From Meiothermus sp. (GTDB lineage: Bacteria > Deinococcota > Deinococci > Deinococcales > Thermaceae): DNA of 64,000 nt. The number at the start of each line of letters is the position of its first letter. Within the stretch, counting starts at the first letter, position 1. The notes under the pieces are model-generated. The model was not told where the DNA came from. It saw nothing but the letters and a program-made list of their open reading frames with translations, and did no database searches. The stretch covers positions 12,488 to 76,487 of the forward strand of contig JANRLD010000025.1 of NCBI GenBank assembly GCA_033762915.1, read 5' to 3'. Positions 27,344 through 36,000 of this stretch are shown one piece after another. The position numbers were made by a program, and so were the translations under genes.

Positions 27344-30115
27344 ATGAAAAGAACCCTAAGTCTGTTGGTCGGCGCGGTGGCGCTTCTGGGCGTAGCCTTC
27401 GCCCAGCAAACCCCCGCCGGAACCAACATCTCCAACCAGGCCTCGGCCACCTATATCGACTCGGCCGGTCAGAACCAGAGCACCACTTCCAACCAAGTGT
27501 TGACCGTGGTGCAGCAGGTTTACAGCTTCACCATCACCCCCAACTCGGCCAGCACCAGCGAGCCCACCGGCGCCGCCGGCTTCGCCCAGAGCCGCAGCGC
27601 CCTTCCCGGTGCGCGCGTCTACTTCCCCTACACGGTCAACAATACAGGCAACGGCCCTGATACCATCAACCTGACCAGTGTACTCGGTACCGCCGGCGGC
27701 ACCACCCCCGTTCGCTTCGTGCTCCAGACCCCCACCATCTACCGCGACACCAACTGTAACGGCTCGGTGGACGCCGGTGAGTCGGTGATCTCCTCGGTGG
27801 CCCTCACCCAAAACGTCGGGGCACTGGCCGCAACCTCCTTGGCCTGCGTGATCATCGAGACCACCATCCCCAGCAGCGCCAATAACAACGAGGTCGGCAA
27901 CATCAACCTCTCGGGGATCTCGGCCGGCAACAACTCGGTGACCGACACCAACAACTGGTCGCGGGCCATCGCCACCACCTCCGCCGCGCTGGACATCAAC
28001 AAGAGCGCCAGCCCCAGCAACACGGCTTCGGCGGGCGGCACCATCTCCTACACCATCACCGGCCAGAATCGCGGCGGCAGCGCGGCCTCCGGCCTGACCA
28101 CCATCCCCACCGGCCTGGGCAGCATCCCGGTTGCCAGCAGCACCGGCATCCTGATCTGGGACATCGTGCCCACTGGCCTGACCCTGACCGGCGCCCCCAG
28201 CGGCTCCTCGGGCGCGGGCACCGTCAACATCGTCTACTCGAGCGACGGCACCACCTGGACCTCGACCGCCCCGACCTTCGCCACCTGGGCCGGCGACGGC
28301 ACCCGCCGCGTGGGCATGTGGATCACCGGCTCGGGCGCTTTCTTCCCCCAGGGGGCCTCGTACACCTTTAGCTTCACCACCAACGTGCCCGCAGGCGCGG
28401 CCTCGGGTACCACGTACACCAACACTGCCAACCTGCAGTTCAACAACGGCGCCGACGTCGGTCCGGTCGCCTCGAACAGCACCTCCAACACCGTCGGCAC
28501 CACCTTCGGCGTGGCCCTTGGCCCCAACGGTACCGCCACCGCTGCGGGCAACGGCGCGGTCGGCTCGGCCGACTCCCAGACCATCGCCTCGGCTTTCAGT
28601 GGCCAGACGGTGACCTTCACCCAGACCCTGCAGAACACCGGCAATGCCTCTGACAGCTTCAACCTGTCCCTGGGCACCGGCGCGACCGCCCCCAACCTGG
28701 CCCCGCCCAGCGGCTGGTCCTGCCAGATCACCCAGATTGACGGCACCCCCATCAACACCGCCGTCGGGCCTTTTGCTGCCAACGCCACCTTCAACTTCCA
28801 GGTGCGCTGCGCCATCCCCGCCAGCTACACCACCGCCACCGCGGTTAGCTTGAACGTGATCGCCACTTCGGTCGGCAACTCTGGCACCAGCGACCCCACC
28901 GCCGACACGGTCAGCGCGGTCAGCCTGGGCTACGCAGTCGACCTCGCCACCCGCGGCAACACCTCCAGGCCCGAGACCGCGGCCAACGACAACCCCGCCG
29001 GCCAGACCACCAACCCCGCAACCACCGTCAGCTTCCCGCTGGACGTGCGCAACAACGGCGAGAACACTGACACCTACCAGCTCTCGGCCACCATCCCCTC
29101 TGGCTGGTCGGTGCAGTTCATCAACGATGCCAACAACAACGGCGTAGCCGACTCCGGCGAGGCCGTGGTCAACAACACCGGCCTGATGGCCAAGGACGCT
29201 GTCCGTAGCGTGATCGCGGTGGTCACGGTGCCGGCCGGCACCAGCCCCGGCAGCAACAGCCTGACCTTTACCACCACCAGCGCCACCCTGGGCACGGTGA
29301 GCAACGCCGTCTCTACCACCATCACCGTCAACGAGGTCCGGGCCTTCGTATTCGACCCCGACCGCAGCGGTACCGTGACCAGCCCCGGCACCATCGTCTA
29401 CACCCATAACCTGCGCAACAACGGCAACGCCAGCGCAACCGTGGCGATCCCCGCGCCCACCTTCCTCAACACCTCCCGCGGCTGGACCTACCAGTACTCC
29501 ACCGACGGCGGCACCACCTGGACCAGCACCGTCTCGGGCTTGGTCCTGGCCGCCAACGCCTCGGCCACCCTGCAGGTGCGGGTGATCGTGCCCGCCGGCG
29601 AGGCCATCGGGGTGAGCGAGACCGCCCAGATCACCGCCACCGCCACCTACGCCAGCAGTGCCACCGCAGCCCAGACCGTCAACGACACCACCACCATCGT
29701 GGCCGGCGACCTGACCCTGGCCAAGACCGGCATCAGCTACGTGGGCAGCTCCGCCACCGTGCGCTCCGCCACCGCCGCCACCGCACTGCCCGGCGACCAG
29801 ATCCTCTACACGGTGGTCGCGACCAACAACGGCGTGGGCAATCTGACCACCGTCAAGATCGCCGACCCGCTGCCCAGCTTCACCGACTTCGTCTCGGTTA
29901 GCGCCACTACCACCATCTCGGGCGGTACCGTGGTCTACTCCACCGACGGCAACAACTGGACCACCACTGCCCCGACTACCCTCTCGGCAGGTCAGTCCAT
30001 CTACGTAGCCGTCAACACCGCCGGCACCGCTGGCGGCGCGGGCAGCATCGACGCCAGCGACCTGATGGCTCCTGGCCGCACCATCACCATCACCTTCCGA
30101 GTGCAAGTCCGCTAA
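27344..30115 (+). CDS. Secreted multi-Ig/DUF11 protein (putative major fibre subunit)
   Basis: Signal peptide; Thr/Ser/Asn-rich tandem beta-sandwich repeats (N.GN..D motifs); GGAGG RBS; followed by hairpins. Confidence 0.85.
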   Translation: MKRTLSLLVGAVALLGVAFAQQTPAGTNISNQASATYIDSAGQNQSTTSNQVLTVVQQVYSFTITPNSASTSEPTGAAGFAQSRSALPGARVYFPYTVNNTGNGPDTINLTSVLGTAGGTTPVRFVLQTPTIYRDTNCNGSVDAGESVISSVALTQNVGALAATSLACVIIETTIPSSANNNEVGNINLSGISAGNNSVTDTNNWSRAIATTSAALDINKSASPSNTASAGGTISYTITGQNRGGSAASGLTTIPTGLGSIPVASSTGILIWDIVPTGLTLTGAPSGSSGAGTVNIVYSSDGTTWTSTAPTFATWAGDGTRRVGMWITGSGAFFPQGASYTFSFTTNVPAGAASGTTYTNTANLQFNNGADVGPVASNSTSNTVGTTFGVALGPNGTATAAGNGAVGSADSQTIASAFSGQTVTFTQTLQNTGNASDSFNLSLGTGATAPNLAPPSGWSCQITQIDGTPINTAVGPFAANATFNFQVRCAIPASYTTATAVSLNVIATSVGNSGTSDPTADTVSAVSLGYAVDLATRGNTSRPETAANDNPAGQTTNPATTVSFPLDVRNNGENTDTYQLSATIPSGWSVQFINDANNNGVADSGEAVVNNTGLMAKDAVRSVIAVVTVPAGTSPGSNSLTFTTTSATLGTVSNAVSTTITVNEVRAFVFDPDRSGTVTSPGTIVYTHNLRNNGNASATVAIPAPTFLNTSRGWTYQYSTDGGTTWTSTVSGLVLAANASATLQVRVIVPAGEAIGVSETAQITATATYASSATAAQTVNDTTTIVAGDLTLAKTGISYVGSSATVRSATAATALPGDQILYTVVATNNGVGNLTTVKIADPLPSFTDFVSVSATTTISGGTVVYSTDGNNWTTTAPTTLSAGQSIYVAVNTAGTAGGAGSIDASDLMAPGRTITITFRVQVR

Positions 30116-30124
30116 GCCCCATTT

Positions 30125-30263
30125 GTCCCCCTGGGCCTGTGCCCAGGGGGACCCAAAAGTTCAACTGAGTTAGCTTGACTTCAGGATTCAACAGTTCAGC
30201 CACCCCTCGAGCCGAACTCAGTTAGTGGGACCCCCACCTAACCGCGTCGGCTCGAGTTTTTTT
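30125..30263 (+). terminator. Stabilising hairpin plus intrinsic terminator after the putative major subunit
   Basis: GTCCCCCTGGGC-CTGT-GCCCAGGGGGAC (30125-30152); CTCGAGCCGA...TCGGCTCGAG followed by T7 (30206-30263). Confidence 0.7.
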
Positions 30264-30277
30264 ACCCTGAGAAGGAG

Positions 30278-33022
30278 GTGAGCGTTTTGACACCCGACAA
30301 CCCCAATGCGCCCACTTCCCTCGGGGCCCGCGCACAACATCGGACTTTCCTTTTCCCGCTGGCCCTTTTGCTGAGCTTCCTGGCCTGTTTTTGGCCCTCG
30401 GCCCTAGCCCAGAGCGCCCTGGCCGGCACCATCATCTCCAACCAGGCCCAAGTCTCCTTCGCCGAGTCTACCCAGCCCTACTTCTCCAACGTGGTGGAGA
30501 CCCTGGTTCAGGCGGTCTGCGCGCCGACCATCACCCCCAACGGAACCCAGGGCAGCCCGGCCCAGCGGGCGGTGGTTTCGGCGGGCGGTTTCGCCTACTT
30601 CCCCTACCTGCTGCGCAATGCCGGCAACCAGCGCAGCACTTTCGCGCTGAGCTCGGCCCAGAACGCCGCCACCTGGGCCCCCCGTTGGGTCCGGTTGTAC
30701 CTAGATCAAAACGAAGACTCGAGGCTCGACCCGGGGGAGCCCCAGGTCGCGAGCCTGTCCCTTGATGTGGGGGAGCAGCGCCGGCTGGTGATGGAGGTTG
30801 CCCTACCCGCCAACGCCACCGGCGACCTGCTGGTCACCCCCACTGCCAGCTGCGTGACCGGCGAGCGCGACGACGACAACTTCAGCCAGATCAGCGTGGG
30901 AACCGGGCCCTCGCTCAACCTCACCAAGTCCACCAGCCGGACCACCCTCGACACCAACCAGGAAACCACCTTCGGGCTCCTGGTGGCCAACCTGGGCAGC
31001 ACGCGGACGGGCGGGCCGGTCTCCGTCACCGACTGGCTCAACACCCCCGAACTGGCCGGGCTAAGCATTGTGCCCGGCTCGGCCGAGGCCACCAAGGGAC
31101 GCCTGGAGTACAGCGCCGACGGGACCACCTGGAGTAGCCTCGAAGGCACCCAGGTCCTCGGGGTGCGCCTGGTGCTCGATGGCCTGGAGGCCGGCGAGCA
31201 GGCAGTCTTCAGCTTCCGCATGCGCCTGGGCGAGGGTAGCTCGAACGGCCTCCGGCGTAACCTGGCCACCGCCGAGGGTCCGGGCGGGCCAGCGGTGGCC
31301 GCCGTCGAGCTGACGGTGGCCCCACGCTTCGCCCACCGGTTGGGGCCGCTGGGCCGGCCCGAGGCCAGCGGTGCCCAGGACCGCCAGAGCGGAACCGCCC
31401 GTGTCGGGCAGAGCTACTGCTTCTCACACAGCCTGATTAACCTGGGCAACGCCCCCGACCGCTACACCCTCGAGCTCGGCGTGCTGCCCCCAGGGATAAC
31501 CGCCAGCTTCCGCCAGGGCAGCGGCCCGCTGGCCCAACCGATCCTGCTGGGCCAGGGCGAACGCAGTGACTTCCAACTCTGCCTAGGCGGCCTCGATCAG
31601 CAGACTCCCAGCTTCGAGGTCACCCTCAACGCGGTCTCCCAGACCACCGGGGCGGTCGACCCCACCTACGACATACTGGGTGTCACCTACGACCCGGCCA
31701 GCGTGCGGCTGCTCAAGAGCACCGACCGGGCCTCGGCGATGCCGGGAGAGTCGGTCAACTACACCCTGCAAATCAGCAACCCCTTCCCGGTCGCGATGAC
31801 CAACCTGCGTGTCAGGGACCAGCTCGACGAGAGGCTGGAGTTCGTCGAAGCCTCTTCAGGCGGCAGCTTCGAACCGGCCAGCCGCGAGGTGGTCTGGACG
31901 GTGGGCAGCCTGGGGGTCGGCCAGACCCTCACCCTGAGCCTGCGGGTGCGGGTGGCCTCCACCACGAACGACGGCCAGATCCCCAACCGCTTCAGTCTCC
32001 GGGCCGATCAGTTCGACGACACCGCCACCTCCAACACGGTCAGTCTGCCTATCCTCACCAGCAGCATCCAGCTGCTCAAGAGGGTAACCCCTGCTCAGGC
32101 AGTGGTGGGCGACACCCTCACCTTCACGCTGACCCTACAGAACACCGGCAAGACCGACCTGGTCATCGAGGTGGTTGACACCCCCGGCAAAGGCCTGCGC
32201 TACGTGGAGCAGAGCGCCCAGCCCGCCGCCTCAGCCCAGCGCGGAGAGGGCCTGGTGTGGTCGGGCCTCGAGCTACCCGCCGGGGCCACCCGCAGCCTGA
32301 GCTACAAGATGCGGGTGTTGGCAGGGGCCCCGGAGCTGCTGGAGAACCGCGCGGTGGCCACTGGGGTCAACACCCAGGGGGTGGCGGTGGCGGCGGCCTC
32401 GGCGGCGGCCTCGGTCAAGCTGGACCGGGCGGTGTTCACGCCCATCAACATTCTGAGCGGCAGGGTCTTCCTCGATTCCGACCGCGATGGGCGCTATACG
32501 GCTGGTCTGGACATCCCGCTACCAGGAGCCAGGCTGGTGCTGTCCAACGGGATGCAAACCCTCAGCGACAAGGACGGGCGCTACGCCTTTCGGGAGCTGC
32601 GGGGCGGGGCCTGGGAGATCTTCCTCGACCCGGCCTCAGCCCCCTTCAAGCCGCTCCCGCACCCCGAGCAGTTAGGTGAAGGCTACCGCCACAGGGTCAC
32701 GGTCAACGGCCTGACCAACTCCGACTTCCCCCTCGAGCGCCCCCTGGGCCAGGCGGTGGTGCAGCGCGAGACCACCCTCGAGTTCGGCCCGCTTAAGGTC
32801 TACAAGCGCCTGATCGCCCTGCCGGCCGGGTTGCGGGTGGTCTTGGAGGTCAACAGCAGCGAGCCCATGAACGACCTCACCGTCTCCGACCCGGTGCCCG
32901 GCGGTGGGCTTCGGGAGTTCAAATTTGACAAGCTGGAAGGCCCACAGACCGTAACCTACGACTTGCCCATAACGCCCGGGTTCTACCTAACCGACCCGCA
33001 GGCCAGGTGGCGATACCCATGA
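30278..33022 (+). CDS. Secreted DUF11 + SdrD-B-like protein (putative base/adaptor subunit)
   Basis: N-terminal half paralogous to 27344..30115; DUF11 repeats; LSGRVFLDSDRDG...LPGARL..SDKDGRYAF (SdrD-B-like). Confidence 0.8.
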   Translation: MSVLTPDNPNAPTSLGARAQHRTFLFPLALLLSFLACFWPSALAQSALAGTIISNQAQVSFAESTQPYFSNVVETLVQAVCAPTITPNGTQGSPAQRAVVSAGGFAYFPYLLRNAGNQRSTFALSSAQNAATWAPRWVRLYLDQNEDSRLDPGEPQVASLSLDVGEQRRLVMEVALPANATGDLLVTPTASCVTGERDDDNFSQISVGTGPSLNLTKSTSRTTLDTNQETTFGLLVANLGSTRTGGPVSVTDWLNTPELAGLSIVPGSAEATKGRLEYSADGTTWSSLEGTQVLGVRLVLDGLEAGEQAVFSFRMRLGEGSSNGLRRNLATAEGPGGPAVAAVELTVAPRFAHRLGPLGRPEASGAQDRQSGTARVGQSYCFSHSLINLGNAPDRYTLELGVLPPGITASFRQGSGPLAQPILLGQGERSDFQLCLGGLDQQTPSFEVTLNAVSQTTGAVDPTYDILGVTYDPASVRLLKSTDRASAMPGESVNYTLQISNPFPVAMTNLRVRDQLDERLEFVEASSGGSFEPASREVVWTVGSLGVGQTLTLSLRVRVASTTNDGQIPNRFSLRADQFDDTATSNTVSLPILTSSIQLLKRVTPAQAVVGDTLTFTLTLQNTGKTDLVIEVVDTPGKGLRYVEQSAQPAASAQRGEGLVWSGLELPAGATRSLSYKMRVLAGAPELLENRAVATGVNTQGVAVAAASAAASVKLDRAVFTPINILSGRVFLDSDRDGRYTAGLDIPLPGARLVLSNGMQTLSDKDGRYAFRELRGGAWEIFLDPASAPFKPLPHPEQLGEGYRHRVTVNGLTNSDFPLERPLGQAVVQRETTLEFGPLKVYKRLIALPAGLRVVLEVNSSEPMNDLTVSDPVPGGGLREFKFDKLEGPQTVTYDLPITPGFYLTDPQARWRYP

Positions 33023-36000
33023 AACCAGGAACAGGGAACAGGGAACAGGGAACAGGGAGGAGAAGCTCTCGCGGTCTCTCTCTCCTGGTTCCTCTCCTTT
33101 CTTTCCTCGCCCTCCTGATGTTCGGCAGCGCGCTCGCGCAAGTCCGTACCGAACTCAAGGGGATCGTGCCCGGCAGTGAGCTGCGCTGGGAGATCACCGA
33201 ACTGCGGGCCAGCATCGTGGTCACCAAGCCGACCATTCTGAACCTGCAGATCTACTCCCCGGGCTTCGACCCCAAGGACTACCGCAGCGCCTTACAGGGC
33301 AAAAGCGAACTGGGCGATGAGCGCTACGATAAGGGCAAGGGGCCGATGCGCGCCAGCTTCGCCCTCAGCCGCGACGGGCGGGTGCTCGAGAACCGGGGCT
33401 ACGGGGTGGAGCCGCACCGCTGGGTGCTGTTCTTCCGGGGACGGGTGGAACCGGGGGTGTACACGATTGCCAGCAGCCTCAAGGGGCTGGGCAAGAACGC
33501 CTTCCTCTACCGCATCCAGACCAGCGTCCCCGAATCCGCCGAGCTGCTTGTGGATCCCACCCTTCAGCTCTACGACGTGCGCCGGAGCAGCGCGGTCTCG
33601 ATCGGCACCATCCGTGGGCCGAACTGGGTGGAGCCCTTCACCCTCGAGGTGCTGCCGGGGGTGGGGCCGTTTAGGGTGGGCATCTACGACGAGGACGGCC
33701 CAAGCGAGATGCTGGGGCGGGTGCGGCTGCCCGGCCAGCAGGTGGTGCCGCGCCAGGTTGCCGGCGACCGACAGTGGAGCTACTTCAATGTAGCGACGCC
33801 CGGCATCTACCGCTTCGGCTTCGCGCAGGCCCCCACCTCCAGGCAGTACTCCAACACCATCGGGTTCCAGGTGAATGCCTGCATGCAGGTGCGCGGCGAC
33901 CGCTTCGCGGTGCTTCCACCCAAGCCGGTTACGGCCAGTGTGGTGAACCAAGCGGGGCAGCGGCTCGAGTTCGCCCCCACGATCACCGGCGAGCAGATCC
34001 GCGAGGTCACGCTGCCCCCGCTGCCCGACGGCTACACCCTGCTGCGCATCGAGACCGAGGGCGGCGAGCCGCTGGCGGCCAACAAAGCCCGGCTGGGCTG
34101 CGCGGGCGGAAGCGTGCGCTTCGTGGTCGCGCTGCCCAAGGTGGCCGAGACGCCGGTCTCGCCGGAGCCCAGAGAGCCCGCCCTCACCGACCCCACGCCC
34201 GAGCCCGGCCAGCCCGAGATGGTGGCCCCCCCGGCCCCGGAGCCCATCGCGGTGGCTCCGCTCGAGCCGCTGGCTCCGCAGCCTGAGCCACAACCACAAC
34301 CCCAGCCTGAGCCACAACCACAACCCCAGCCTGAGCCACAACCACAACCCCAGCCTGAGCCACAACCACAACCCCAACCACAACCCCAGCCCCAGCCTGA
34401 ACCCCAGCCCCAGCCCGAGCCGCAACCACAACCCCAACCGCAACCCCAGGTCGAGGTGGTCGCCCCCCCGGTCAAGAAAGGTCGCCTCGAGCTGACGGCC
34501 CGCCTGGTGCTTCCCACGGGTGAGCAGAGCGCCGAGATTGGGGTGCAGGTGGGCGACCAGACCGTCCGGCTCGAGGGCGGGGCGGCCTCGCTCGAGCTGA
34601 CCCCCGGCAGCCTGACCCTGACTCCCCAAGTGCAGGGCGCGACAGTGGTCGGCCCCAGCACCGCCGAGGTGCTGGCAGACCAGACCGCCAGGGCCGAGTT
34701 TAGGGTCTACCCCAGCGTCCAGCTGACCCTGCACGCCGACAAAACCGTGCTGAAGATCGGCGAAGAGGCGGTACTGACCGCAACCGCCACAACCGCCTAC
34801 GCTCGCCTGCTGCCCGCCAACCTCCAACTTGCCCTGCCTGCCTGCCTGGAGCCGCTCGAGACCCCCCGCCTAACCACCCCGATCTCCGCCGCCCGGCAGG
34901 GGGTGCTGCGTGTCCCGGTCCGTGCGGTCTGCCGGGGTGAGTTTCCTGTCCCGGCGACACTAACCCCCTGGGGCCAAGGGGCCAGTGTGAGCCTTAAGGT
35001 GCTGCAGCCACTGAGGTTTAGCCTGACCAAACAGGCCCTGACCCCCGCAGTCGCGGTAGGGGGCCAGGCAGTCTACCGGCTGACGGTCCAGAACATCAGC
35101 GACGAGGCCGGGCCGGTGACCCTGCGCGACCCCCTGGCCGTGGGCCTGCTGGGTGAGCCTCTCGAGCAAAGCCTGGTCCTCGAGCCGGGCCAGGAGCGCA
35201 GCATCGAGCTCAGCGCCCTGGTCGGCCCCGAGGCCCCGGCCCGCATCCAAAACCGGGCCCAGTTGGTGAACGCTGCCGGCGAGGTGCTGGCTGAGTCTGA
35301 GGCCGGGGTCGAGGTGCTGCGACCGGCGGCCGTGCTGGGCCGCACACTGGACAAGCGCGTGGTGGTCCCCGGCGAGACGGTGGAGGTCGGGCTGACCGTG
35401 GGCAACGACGGGCAGGCCAACCTCGAGTACAGCCTGAGCGACACCATACCCGAGTGGCTCGAAGTCTCGAACCCCCCCAGCTTCAGCGGGCAGCTGGCCC
35501 CGGGCCAGCGCGTGACCCACCGCTACACTGCCACGGTGCGCTTCGGCTCGGGGGCCGAGGGACAGTTTGAGGCCCAACTGCGCTCCAACGGCGGCGACCC
35601 CACCGCCACCGACACCCTGCGGCGGGTGCTGGTACCCCTAAGCAAGCGGGCCACGCCCGAGCGGGTGGTGTTGGGGAACGACGCGGCCTTTGAAATCGAG
35701 TTCACCAACCCCACCGACCACCCTTTGAGCCTGGAGTTGATGGAAGCACCCGACCCCGATCTGGGGATGGATATCCCTGGGGAACTTCGGTACGAGCTGG
35801 CCCCCGGAGAGACACAGCGCTTGACCCTTCCGGCTAAGCCCAAGCGGGTGGGGCCCCTGGAGAACCAGGTCACGGCCTTCGTGGGCGGCGCCCCGGCCTC
35901 CTTTCCCACCAAGGCCACCCTCATGGTAATGCCGGTACTGGAGGTGCAGCGCTACTCCCTGGTAACCCTCGAGTTCAGCGCACAGGGGCAGGGCGAGCGA

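Noticed and set aside
27356..30106. 916-aa minus-strand Gly/Val-rich ORF
   Set aside because: Mirror of the Thr/Ala-rich plus-strand gene (ACC/GCC codons read as GGT/GGC).
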